NCBI GenBank assembly: GCA_038064195.1
Contig: JBBTTO010000002.1
Location: forward strand, 333,356 to 397,355
DNA length: 64,000 bases
Reading direction: 5' to 3'
Source: Patescibacteria group bacterium
GTDB lineage: Bacteria; Patescibacteriota; Microgenomatia; Levybacterales; UBA12049
Each line of letters starts with the position of its first letter. Positions within the stretch are counted from its first letter, which is position 1. The translations under genes and the position numbers were made by a program. The notes beneath the pieces were generated by a model. It ran no database searches and was not told the DNA's origin. It worked only from the letters and a program-made list of their open reading frames with translations. Positions 1 to 8,680 of this stretch are shown one piece after another.

Positions 1-2
1 GA

Positions 3-3000
3 CTTACCCGTCTGCATGAAGCTTTTGAGTCTGAGTCCAAAAAGCTTGATGAGATTGCGGATACGTTGGCACGACTCTTAAAGAGTCTTCGAACGGGAAG
101 TGTTCTTTCAGAGGATGAGTACTACAAGCTCATGGAATATGAAATCCCTGTTTTCTACACCATCAAAACCGGTTCTGAGGCACTTAATGAGCTTATTATT
201 TCCTTAGATCTCTCACAACTGATTGTCGATCTGCGTAAAGAAGCGGAAAAAGCCAGCGGACAACGCTATCTTAAAATCATAAAGCGTCTCAGGCTCATTG
301 AGAATATGCGTAAGGCGACCGTTGATCCGGCAGCTATGATTCTGACAATCTTACCTGTCATCCCGCCTGATCTCCGTCCTATGGTCCAGCTTGCAGGAGG
401 CCGCTTCGCAACCTCAGATTTAAATGATTTGTATCGTCGTGTCATCAATCGTAACAACCGCTTAAAGCATTTAATGTCACTTGGCGCACCGGAGATTATC
501 CTGCGTAATGAAAAGCGCATGTTACAGGAATCAGTTGATGCACTTATTGACGCGTCACAGCGCGGCAGTCAGGCTATTGCTTCTCCGCTTCGTTCGTTAT
601 CAGACATGCTTCGTGGTAAGCAGGGACGTTTCCGTCAGAATTTACTCGGAAAGCGTGTCGATTATTCAGGACGTTCAGTCATCGTTGTTGGGCCTGAGTT
701 GAAGCTCACTCAGTGCGGACTGCCTAAGGAAATGGCACTTGAGATGTTTAAGCCGTTTGTCCTGCGTGAGGTTATCCTGCGGGGCCTTGCTACCAACATC
801 AAATCAGCTAAACGGTATATTGAAAAGCGACCGCCTGAAGTCTTTGATATCTTAGAGGAGATCACTAAGAATCATCCGGTGCTTCTTAACCGTGCTCCAA
901 CACTTCACAAATTAGGTATTCAGGCTTTCTATCCGGTACTTATTGAGGGGTCAGCTATTCAGCTCCATCCTTGTGTCTGTACAGGTTATAATGCCGACTT
1001 TGACGGAGACCAGATGGCGGTCCACATCCCTCTTTCACAAAAAGCTCAGGAAGAGGCTATCGCACTCATGCTGCCAAGTCACAACCTCTTAAAGCCGGCT
1101 GACGGATCTCCTATAACCCTTCCTAACAAGGAGATGGCACTTGGAGTCTACTTCTTAACATCAGTTGATGAGGCACTCATCCGTCCTACTGAAGAGCAAG
1201 TCTATTTTGAGAACGAAACAGCCGCAATCATGGCTTATGACATGGGGAAAATAAAGCTCAAGCAGCCTGTCCAGGTTCGTGTCACCAAGGACGGCAGTCA
1301 TCAGCTGACTGAGACTACAGTCGGACGTATTCGTTTTAATGAACTGCTGCCTAATACATTTGAGTATGTTAATACCTCAATTAATGCAGCCGGGATTAAG
1401 AAGTTAATTACCCAGGCAATGAAGTTGTGTACCCCTGAGGAAGTTACAGTCCTTATTGACAGTATTAAGTCGCTCGGCTTTTACGGAGCAACTATTTCAG
1501 GGCTTTCAGTCTCTGTTTTTGATACTGAGATGATTCCTGAGAAAAACGGCATGATCGGTGAAGCAGAGACGAAAGTGGCCGGAATTGATAGTGAGTACCA
1601 GCGTGGGCTTATCACACTTGAGGAGAAAAAGCGTCTCTCAAATGACGTCTGGCTTAAGACCACAGATGAAATTGCACGCAAGACATGGAATAGCTTTAAA
1701 TCCAATAATCCGATCAAAGTAACCATTGATTCAGGAGGATCACGTGCCGGAGTTGAGCAGATCAAACAACTTTCAGCTATCCGTGGACTTATCGTTGATC
1801 CGCTCGGTAAAATCGTTGAGCTTCCTGTCAAGTCCAACTTCCGTGAAGGTCTCTCAATCTTTGAATATGTCGCTTCAGCCCGCGGATCCCGTAAAGGGTT
1901 GACGGACTCAGCCTTGAAGACTGCCAATGCCGGATATCTGACCCGCCGACTTGTCGATGTCTCGCATGATGTCATCATCATGGAGAAAGATTGCGGTTCG
2001 ACAGAGGGTCTGACTATCAGTGTCACAGATCCTGAGCGTACTGCAGCTTTTGCGGATCGTCTGTACGGTCGTTATCTCTCAGCCAATGCAATGAGTAAGA
2101 CCCGTAAGGTGATCCTGAAAGCGGGCGAGGAGTTGACCGAGGACAATGTTAAGTTGCTCGTAGATAGTGAAGTCACTGAGGTTGAAGTCAGAACACCGCT
2201 TGGTTGTAAGTTAGCGTATGGCATTTGTCAGATGTGTTATGGCTGGGATTTCTCGACCAAGACGACAGTACAATTTGGTGTGCCTGTCGGTGTAGTCGCA
2301 GCCCAAAGTATCGGAGAACCGGGAACTCAGCTGACAATGCGTGTTCGCCATTTCGGAGGAGTTGTTATGAGTGACGTGACGCAGGGTCTGCCACGTGTTG
2401 AGGAACTCTTTGAGATGCGTACTCCGAAGAATTTGGCACCTATCTCAGGTCTTTCAGGAAAAGTTAAGATCGAGACGACAGAGGAAGGACATCGGGTCCA
2501 GATCCGCAACACTCACATCAAGCCTGTGGAAATTCAGGAATACTTCGTACCTTTGGCTGCCACACTCGCAGTTGAAGACGGACAGGATGTCACAGCAGGG
2601 ACAGCTTTAGCTCAAGGCTATTTGGATCCGAAAGAAGTGCTTAAGGTAGGCGGCATTATCCAGGCTCAGAAGTACTTGGTAACTGAAGTGCAAAAAGTAT
2701 ACGAATCTCAAGGTATCGGTATTAACGACAAGCATTTTGAGGTCATTTTGCGCAAGATGTCTGACAAGATCGTGGTTGAGACAGTCGGTGATACCTCACT
2801 TATCCCGGGAGACTTTGTCACTCGAGCAAGATTTGAAGAGATCAATGCTGAAATCCTTTCAGAAGGCGGCGTACCGGCTACCGGTCGACAAGTGATCCTG
2901 GGTATCACCAAAGCTGCCTTGTTCTCAGATTCATGGCTCTCAGCTGCATCATTCCAAGAGACCACCAAAGTCCTGACTGAAGCTGCTTTGGAAGGCCGTG

Positions 3001-3170
3001 AAGACAGACTCATCGGACTGAAAGAAAACGTCATCATCGGTCGCCTGATCCCGGTCGAGGGAAAAGAATTAGCTGTCGCACGTGAGATAGAGCAGGAAGT
3101 AACTGCTGAAGTTGCTGAAGCAGCAGCACCCATCACTGAGTCTGAGCCTACTGTGGAAGCTGCTGCATAA
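3..3170 (+). CDS. rpoC: DNA-directed RNA polymerase beta' subunit, 5'-truncated by the window edge
   Basis: NADFDGD active-site motif, GKRVDYSGRSV, AQSIGEPGTQLTMR, LIGLKENVIIG; the frame is open from base 3, upstream of the ORF-track TTG at 66. Confidence 0.99.
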   Translation, partial: LTRLHEAFESESKKLDEIADTLARLLKSLRTGSVLSEDEYYKLMEYEIPVFYTIKTGSEALNELIISLDLSQLIVDLRKEAEKASGQRYLKIIKRLRLIENMRKATVDPAAMILTILPVIPPDLRPMVQLAGGRFATSDLNDLYRRVINRNNRLKHLMSLGAPEIILRNEKRMLQESVDALIDASQRGSQAIASPLRSLSDMLRGKQGRFRQNLLGKRVDYSGRSVIVVGPELKLTQCGLPKEMALEMFKPFVLREVILRGLATNIKSAKRYIEKRPPEVFDILEEITKNHPVLLNRAPTLHKLGIQAFYPVLIEGSAIQLHPCVCTGYNADFDGDQMAVHIPLSQKAQEEAIALMLPSHNLLKPADGSPITLPNKEMALGVYFLTSVDEALIRPTEEQVYFENETAAIMAYDMGKIKLKQPVQVRVTKDGSHQLTETTVGRIRFNELLPNTFEYVNTSINAAGIKKLITQAMKLCTPEEVTVLIDSIKSLGFYGATISGLSVSVFDTEMIPEKNGMIGEAETKVAGIDSEYQRGLITLEEKKRLSNDVWLKTTDEIARKTWNSFKSNNPIKVTIDSGGSRAGVEQIKQLSAIRGLIVDPLGKIVELPVKSNFREGLSIFEYVASARGSRKGLTDSALKTANAGYLTRRLVDVSHDVIIMEKDCGSTEGLTISVTDPERTAAFADRLYGRYLSANAMSKTRKVILKAGEELTEDNVKLLVDSEVTEVEVRTPLGCKLAYGICQMCYGWDFSTKTTVQFGVPVGVVAAQSIGEPGTQLTMRVRHFGGVVMSDVTQGLPRVEELFEMRTPKNLAPISGLSGKVKIETTEEGHRVQIRNTHIKPVEIQEYFVPLAATLAVEDGQDVTAGTALAQGYLDPKEVLKVGGIIQAQKYLVTEVQKVYESQGIGINDKHFEVILRKMSDKIVVETVGDTSLIPGDFVTRARFEEINAEILSEGGVPATGRQVILGITKAALFSDSWLSAASFQETTKVLTEAALEGREDRLIGLKENVIIGRLIPVEGKELAVAREIEQEVTAEVAEAAAPITESEPTVEAAA

Positions 3171-3227
3171 TCCCGCCCTCTCAGTTTGTCTGTTTGAGCA
3201 GATTACTTTCGTTCCGGAGGCTGGATG

Positions 3228-3236
3228 TGGTATAAT
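3228..3236 (+). promoter_or_regulatory. Extended -10 promoter (TGgTATAAT) for rpsL-rpsG
   Basis: Consensus TGnTATAAT about 100 nt upstream of the rpsL ATG. Confidence 0.6.
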
Positions 3237-3244
3237 CTGATTCT

Positions 3245-3328
3245 AATTAAGAATTTAGAGTTAAGAATTAATAATCTATAAGGAAGTTCCTTATATAACT
3301 CTCAATTTTTAATTGTTAATTTTTAATT
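3245..3328. repeat. Inverted pair of degenerate 7-mer arrays (aattaag-type) with a central hairpin
   Basis: aattaag|aatttag|agttaag|aattaat ... tataaggaa-g-ttccttata ... ctcaatt|tttaatt|gttaatt|tttaatt. Confidence 0.7.
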
Positions 3329-3334
3329 GTTTTT

Positions 3335-3751
3335 ATGCCTACATTATCACAGCTGGCCAAACAAGGCCGACATAAAAAAACGAAAAAGGTAAAAGCTACC
3401 GGTCTTCGTCGTTTTTTCAATGCAAAAGACCGCGAATATAAAGAGCTTGATTCCCCGCAAAAGCGTGGTGTCGTTACCCTCGTTAAGACCATGACGCCAA
3501 AAAAGCCTAATTCGGCTCTGCGTAAGGTAGCCCGTGTCAAGCTCTCCAATAAAATCGAGGTTACCGCTTATATCCAAGGCGTCGGACATTCACTTTCTGA
3601 GCACGGTATCGTCTTGGTCCGCGGCGGCCGTGTCAAAGACCTTCCGGGGGTCAAATACCATATCGTCCGTGGTAAATATGACCTTCAGGGAGTAGAAGGA
3701 CGTCGCTCGTCACGCAGTAAATATGGCGCGAAGATGCCACAAGGCAAATAA
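3335..3751 (+). CDS. rpsL: 30S ribosomal protein uS12
   Basis: [31 protein letters not shown]. Confidence 0.99.
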   Translation: MPTLSQLAKQGRHKKTKKVKATGLRRFFNAKDREYKELDSPQKRGVVTLVKTMTPKKPNSALRKVARVKLSNKIEVTAYIQGVGHSLSEHGIVLVRGGRVKDLPGVKYHIVRGKYDLQGVEGRRSSRSKYGAKMPQGK

Positions 3752-3754
3752 CCT

Positions 3755-4225
3755 ATGAGACACGCAAAAGTTACTAAAAGAGTTACAGAGCCGGATGAGA
3801 TCTATGGCAATGTCATGGTGGCCAAACTCATCAATCGCATCATGGAAGATGGCAAAAAGACGATTGCTGAGCGCAATGTCTATAACGCTTTCAAAGAACT
3901 TGAGAAAAAAGGTGATCCGATGCAGCTTTTTGAAAGGGCTATCCAAAATGTCGGTCCGAAAATCGAAGTTAAAGCCCGTCGTATCGGCGGAGCTAATTTC
4001 CAGGTCCCGACAGAAGTCAGACACGATCGCCGTATGGCCCTGGCACTGCGCTGGATCGTCGAGGCGGCCCGTAAGAAGTCCAACAAGGACTTCCACTCAT
4101 TCTCTGAGAAATTAGCCGCAGAATTCCTTGCAGCCGCCAATAACGAAGGCGATGCCATCCGCAAGAGAGACACAACCCTCAAACAAGCAGAGGCTAACAA
4201 GGCTTTTGCCCATTTTAGGTGGTAG
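3755..4225 (+). CDS. rpsG: 30S ribosomal protein uS7
   Basis: RRIGGANFQVP, AEANKAFAHFRW; follows rpsL. Confidence 0.99.
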   Translation: MRHAKVTKRVTEPDEIYGNVMVAKLINRIMEDGKKTIAERNVYNAFKELEKKGDPMQLFERAIQNVGPKIEVKARRIGGANFQVPTEVRHDRRMALALRWIVEAARKKSNKDFHSFSEKLAAEFLAAANNEGDAIRKRDTTLKQAEANKAFAHFRW

Positions 4226-4247
4226 TTTCTATCTAAGGTTAGGCGAG

Positions 4248-4270
4248 AAGCTCCGAAAGGGGCTTTTTTT
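4248..4270 (+). terminator. Intrinsic terminator after rpsG
   Basis: aagctcc-gaaa-ggggctt followed by a T run. Confidence 0.8.
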
Positions 4271-4284
4271 GTATTCTGATCAGA

Positions 4285-5721
4285 TTAAAAGAGGTTCCAG
4301 ACGTACTGATTGGTGATTTCGTGGTGATAGAGGATTTCTTCAGGTTTTACACGGGTGCCTAACTCGCGCGGGCAACGGAAGCTAGACGCTTCCTTAAAGG
4401 CATGGAATTTTTCTTTGTTATCTTCGCCAAGTATTTTGGCTATAAAATCGCTGCCTTTGAAAAGCCGCATGGCGTCATTGATATTTCCCGGCAGGAAGCG
4501 GAGACGATCACGCTTGCTGGTATCTTTGGTGATTCTGTCTCCTTCAAGTCCTGTGCGGATAAGTGTATAAAGAGCGAGGTAGGGGTTGGCATCAGGTGCT
4601 ACCGAGCGAATTTCAATTCTGGCTGACTTTTCATTACCTACAGGAATACGGATCATTGAGCCGCGGTCAATGGGTGAGACTTTGATCTGATTTGGTGCTT
4701 CAAAGTGCGGGTCAAGTCGTCTATAGGCATTGACACTTGAGTTAAGAATAAGACAAATATCCGGCGCGTGATTGAGCACTCTCTCGATAAAGTCCCAGGC
4801 AATTTTGGACAATCCATCCTGACCATCTTTCTGATAAAAAATATTCTTAGTGTTTTTAGCAAAAGAAAGGTTAATATGCATGCCGCTGCCGTTAATTCCG
4901 GTTACAGGTTTGGGGAGAAAAGTCGCGGTCATACCCATATTCTCGGCTACCTGGCGACAGACGAGTTTGTAAAGTTGTATCTGATCAGCAGCCCTGAGTG
5001 CTTCAGTATAGGAAAAATTCAGCTCAAACTGCGATGGGGCGACTTCGGGATGATCTTTTTCATTGTGAAAACCCATAGCCCGCTGTGCCTCGGCAGCGGT
5101 GTCAATAAAGCGTTTGAGGCGGTCTAACGGAAGCGAGTGATAATAACCACCGGTGGAGATCAATGAAAACCCGTTATTTTTTTCGTAATTGATCTCCGCG
5201 TCTACTCCATCGACCAGGAATCCCTCTATTTCTGCTGAAGCATACACATTGAGGCCTTTTTTGGTTTTAAGTTCCTTTGTCAGCTCCTGGAGAAGTCCGC
5301 GAAAATCTGAGGAATAGGAGGAACGATCCCTATTGCAGACGTTAGCAAACATGATGATTTTTCCCGGACCGAAGATATCAGCCGGAAGCCAGAAAAGGCT
5401 CGTCCAGTCAGGGTCAAGCCTCAGATCCGACTCCATCTGTGCGGTAAAACCACGGACAGAGGACCCGTCAAAAGTGAGATTGTCTGATGAATCAAGAAAA
5501 AACCTTTTATCATAGTCGAGCATATGAAATCTGCCTTCGATATCGGAAAAACAAAGCGTAACAGCTTTGATCTTTTTCTCGTCAGTCAGGTACTTGCGGT
5601 ATTCTTCTTCCTGAGCTTTAGGATCTGTATCATCCCGTTTACCCTTTGCGGTGAGATTCATCTCCTCAAGCTGGTCATAGGGGATTTCGAGGAAACTCTT
5701 TAAAGAATTATCATTATTCAT
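4285..5721 (-). CDS. glnA: Glutamine synthetase, type I family
   Basis: FDGSSVRGF, HPEVAPSQFE, FLPKP..GINGSGMH, NAYRRLDPHFEAP, RIEIRSVAPDANPYL. Confidence 0.93.
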   Translation of the reverse strand: MNNDNSLKSFLEIPYDQLEEMNLTAKGKRDDTDPKAQEEEYRKYLTDEKKIKAVTLCFSDIEGRFHMLDYDKRFFLDSSDNLTFDGSSVRGFTAQMESDLRLDPDWTSLFWLPADIFGPGKIIMFANVCNRDRSSYSSDFRGLLQELTKELKTKKGLNVYASAEIEGFLVDGVDAEINYEKNNGFSLISTGGYYHSLPLDRLKRFIDTAAEAQRAMGFHNEKDHPEVAPSQFELNFSYTEALRAADQIQLYKLVCRQVAENMGMTATFLPKPVTGINGSGMHINLSFAKNTKNIFYQKDGQDGLSKIAWDFIERVLNHAPDICLILNSSVNAYRRLDPHFEAPNQIKVSPIDRGSMIRIPVGNEKSARIEIRSVAPDANPYLALYTLIRTGLEGDRITKDTSKRDRLRFLPGNINDAMRLFKGSDFIAKILGEDNKEKFHAFKEASSFRCPRELGTRVKPEEILYHHEITNQYVWNLF

Positions 5722-5736
5722 ATAATAATTAACATA

Positions 5737-5765
5737 AATCTAGTACTAATTAACATTAAAGTCAA
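5737..5765 (-). promoter_or_regulatory. Sigma70-type promoter for glnA
   Basis: Minus strand TTGACT-17 nt-TAGATT, 15 nt before the ATG. Confidence 0.55.
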
Positions 5766-5788
5766 TAGATCAGATCACATTACTTAAC

Positions 5789-5817
5789 TTGACATAGAAA
5801 ATAAGAGTTTGTATACT
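5789..5817 (+). promoter_or_regulatory. Sigma70-type promoter for the T-box leader and argA-argE
   Basis: TTGACA-17 nt-TATACT. Confidence 0.8.
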
Positions 5818-5823
5818 GTCAAT

Positions 5824-6135
5824 CAGTTCATACATGCGTCCCGATGTAAATCGGGGAAGTCTACCGCAGTAGACAAGGGAAGCACCATTCGGAGCCTCCC
5901 ATGCAGCGTAGGAGAAAGCGATTTCCGCATTACTACGACAGAAGGCAACTGTAAAATCAGCCAAAGCGAATTGTCCTGTAAGGGAACTAAGCGCCTAAAT
6001 AAGGATTAATCTTTTATTTAAGCGCCGAAAGGCGTTTTTTTATTAGCTTAATTAAAGCAAGGTGGTACCACGGCTTAAGCCCGTCCTTGTTCCTCATCCG
6101 CCAGTTGGCGGATTGGGAGCAGCGACGGGCTTTTT
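5824..6135 (+). ncRNA. T-box riboswitch leader (transcriptional), probably Arg-specific
   Basis: T-box AAGGTGGTACCACGG (6059-6073). Antiterminator caagg-TGGTACC-acgg/ccgt-ccttg overlaps a terminator. Stem II-like and IIA/B-like elements lie upstream. Amino-acid biosynthesis genes follow. Confidence 0.85.
6079..6135 (+). terminator. T-box terminator hairpin
   Basis: agcccgtc...atccgcc-agtt-ggcggat...gacgggct followed by a T run; its 5' arm is shared with the antiterminator. Confidence 0.85.
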
Positions 6136-6160
6136 GATGCCTGAGAGGGGGTGAAAATAT

Positions 6161-6682
6161 ATGGGAAAAGAAAACATACAATTTATAGTCGCAGATGCAA
6201 CACATATCGATGCCGCGAAAAAAGTTTCGGATTGGGTAAGTTCAAATGATGCTATGTTGCCTAAGTCACCTGAACAAGTTCTTGAGAACTTCAGTACCGG
6301 ACATGCCGTGATTGGGTACGATGGTACTGCGCTTGTCGTTCATGCGGCCTTAACTCAGGTCAATTCTGACCAGACTGCCGAAGTAGGGTCGCTTTTTACT
6401 GAAGAGACTCATCGACATATGGGACTTGCACGAGAAGCTGTCCATGTCTTACTGGAACATGGGAGAAACTTGTATCCTGACCATACACTTTATGCAATCG
6501 CAAATGAACGAAGTGCGCCACTCTTTCAAAAAATGGGTGCCAGAGAGATGCAGACAGATGAACTGGGAGATGAAGTATGGGCGTCATGTGATACGTGCCC
6601 ACGAAAGCCTGAACGAGTAGAGGGTTGTCCGTTTAAGTGTTGCGATACGCCTTTTGATCTGACACATGTTAAATCAGAATAA
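6161..6682 (+). CDS. argA: GNAT acetyltransferase, short ArgA-type N-acetylglutamate synthase-like
   Basis: MLPKS..., AEVGSL...HRHMGLA acetyl-CoA loop, C-terminal VWASCDTCP...CCD as in short-form ArgA; SD ggggtga; adjacent to an argE-like gene. Confidence 0.6.
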   Translation: MGKENIQFIVADATHIDAAKKVSDWVSSNDAMLPKSPEQVLENFSTGHAVIGYDGTALVVHAALTQVNSDQTAEVGSLFTEETHRHMGLAREAVHVLLEHGRNLYPDHTLYAIANERSAPLFQKMGAREMQTDELGDEVWASCDTCPRKPERVEGCPFKCCDTPFDLTHVKSE

Positions 6683-6684
6683 TT

Positions 6685-7788
6685 ATGAAACTCTTAAAAC
6701 AACTTATCAGTATAGAGTCAGTTTCGGGGAATGAGAGCGCCATTCAAGAATTTATTAAAGCGTATCTTGTCACGCTGGGATTTAGCCCTACTTCCTATAA
6801 AGGAAATGTAATGGTGAAGATTTCAGGGCAAGATACGCATAAGGCGCTTATCTTTAATGCTCATGTTGATACTGTCGCTGTAGGGGAGATTTCCAGTTGG
6901 GAATATAATCCGTTTAAAGGTATTGTCGAAGATGACAAGGTTTATGGTCTCGGAGCAAGTGACGAAAAAGCAACGATAGCGGTCATGCTTCATCTTGCCG
7001 AGATACTTGTAAAGCAACCTCCAGCAGTCGATGTCTGGCTGCATTTTGTTGTGAAGGAGGAAGTAGACGGGTCAGGGACAAAAGACTGTCTGGAGTGGTT
7101 TACAGAGCATGAGAGGAGGCACTATCAAGAAGTAGCAGGAGTTTTGGGTGAACCTACCGGTCTTGCAAGTATTGAGGTAGCTCATAGAGGAAATGTCTTT
7201 CTTACTCTTACTTCCTTTGGTGATAGCGGTCATGCTTCGGATCCCGCGAAGATCAAAACGCATGCGGCTTTTGAAATGTTTGCTTTTATAAAGAAAGTAG
7301 AAGTATTGGGCAAAAAATGGGAGAAGACATATAGTGATTCAATTTTAGGTAAGCCGACGATTGGTCTTTTGACTTCGATATCAGCCGGAGACAAGCTGAG
7401 TCCGAATAAGTTTCCTGATTCCTGTACCGCAACAATTGATATTCGAACAACTCCGGCCCTACATGAGAAGGTGTTGGCCGAGATTAGTGCGCTGGATAAA
7501 AAGGTCAAGGTCTCATTTAGTTATCCACCTCTTTTTTATGGAAATACCAATTCGGATGAGAGGATTGTAGAGGTAGCAAAAAGAGTGACAGGTTGTCCAC
7601 TCGATATGTCTACCTGGTCAAACGATTTATGTTTTTTTACTGAGCATAGTATCCCGACTATAGTTTATGGACCGGGGAATAAAGAAAGGATTCATAATGT
7701 AAATGAATATTGTGAAGTAGCTAATTTACAGAAATGTCTGAAGCAGTACCAGGGGATAATAAAGGCGTTTGGCGTTACTGGATTGTAA
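6685..7788 (+). CDS. argE: M20 metallopeptidase, acetylornithine deacetylase/DapE family
   Basis: FNAHVDTV, YGLGASDEK, EE, GEPT, YGPG...IHNVNEY. Confidence 0.65.
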   Translation: MKLLKQLISIESVSGNESAIQEFIKAYLVTLGFSPTSYKGNVMVKISGQDTHKALIFNAHVDTVAVGEISSWEYNPFKGIVEDDKVYGLGASDEKATIAVMLHLAEILVKQPPAVDVWLHFVVKEEVDGSGTKDCLEWFTEHERRHYQEVAGVLGEPTGLASIEVAHRGNVFLTLTSFGDSGHASDPAKIKTHAAFEMFAFIKKVEVLGKKWEKTYSDSILGKPTIGLLTSISAGDKLSPNKFPDSCTATIDIRTTPALHEKVLAEISALDKKVKVSFSYPPLFYGNTNSDERIVEVAKRVTGCPLDMSTWSNDLCFFTEHSIPTIVYGPGNKERIHNVNEYCEVANLQKCLKQYQGIIKAFGVTGL

Positions 7789-8455
7789 TGCCGAGGATTT
7801 TGTCGCCGATTGCGATTTTATCTACCACATCGAGTCCTTCCGTCACCATGCCAAAGTTAGTATAAGCACCATTAAGATGACTTGAATCTTCTTTAGTGAC
7901 AAAGAATTGCGAATCATTTTGTACTTTTCCGTCTCCTCTACTGGCTGCGCCCAGGGATCCGCGCAGGAATGGTTTATCATTGAATTCAACAGGTATACTA
8001 CCCCCACCTGTGCCGTCTCCTTTTGGATCTCCTCCCTGGATCACCCAATCTTCAACTCTGTGGAATGTCAGATTGTTATAGTAGCCGTCTTTGGCTTTTT
8101 TGATAAAATTTGCCACTGTGTAAGGAGCGTCTTCACCATAGAGGACGAGGGTGATGTCGCCTTTACTCGTCTTAATTACGGCTGTAGCTGAGGCGGTTTT
8201 GTAGCTTTCAAGGGAAGCTTGAGTCACTGGAGAAGATTGAGCGGTTTGTTGTTGCTGTTGTTGTAACTGATTTTGTCCTTGTTGACTGAGAGGGGGAGTT
8301 TGGGTAATAAAGTCCATTTGTTGGGGGATCTGGGTAATTGAAACCTGACCTTTAGGGGGTGTACTCAGTCCCAGGTATCCTGCCTGACTACTATAAAAGA
8401 GAACAGCAAAAATAGCAATGATAACAATGAGAATAGTCAGCTGGATTTTATTCAT
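7775..8455 (-). CDS. Membrane-anchored cyclophilin-type peptidyl-prolyl isomerase
   Basis: N-terminal TM, Gln-rich linker, APYTVANF, FHRV..VIQGGDP.GDGTGG, SQFFV, HLNGAYTNFG. Confidence 0.92.
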   Translation of the reverse strand: MNKIQLTILIVIIAIFAVLFYSSQAGYLGLSTPPKGQVSITQIPQQMDFITQTPPLSQQGQNQLQQQQQQTAQSSPVTQASLESYKTASATAVIKTSKGDITLVLYGEDAPYTVANFIKKAKDGYYNNLTFHRVEDWVIQGGDPKGDGTGGGSIPVEFNDKPFLRGSLGAASRGDGKVQNDSQFFVTKEDSSHLNGAYTNFGMVTEGLDVVDKIAIGDKILGITIQ

Positions 8456-8680
8456 TTGGATATTGTAGCAATTTATTTTGGTTTGACAAGCTCTTCAGAG
8501 AATACCACTTCTTTGCCTTGTGAGCTCCAATCAGGTACAATTACCACAGTAAAACGCTCTTCATTCTCAAAGCCTACAGCTTTGCATCATGATATCGCGT
8601 CTACGTGGCAAGGCACTCATTGAATTTCGGTAGAATATTCGCCGTTCCCAAAGATTATACGTTTACGGAGCAGACAAACT

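Noticed and set aside
5727-5756. GlnR/TnrA box upstream of glnA
   Set aside because: Only a direct repeat aattaacat is present; it does not fit TGTNA-N7-TNACA.
5824-6041. Stand-alone RNase P, SRP or tmRNA
   Set aside because: Lacks the RNase P GAGGAAAGUCC, SRP and tRNA-like signatures; the T-box motif and antiterminator/terminator explain the region better.
5770-6205. Short ORFs 5770-5964, 5809-6009 and 6014-6205
   Set aside because: They overlap the promoters and the structured T-box leader and carry no protein motifs.
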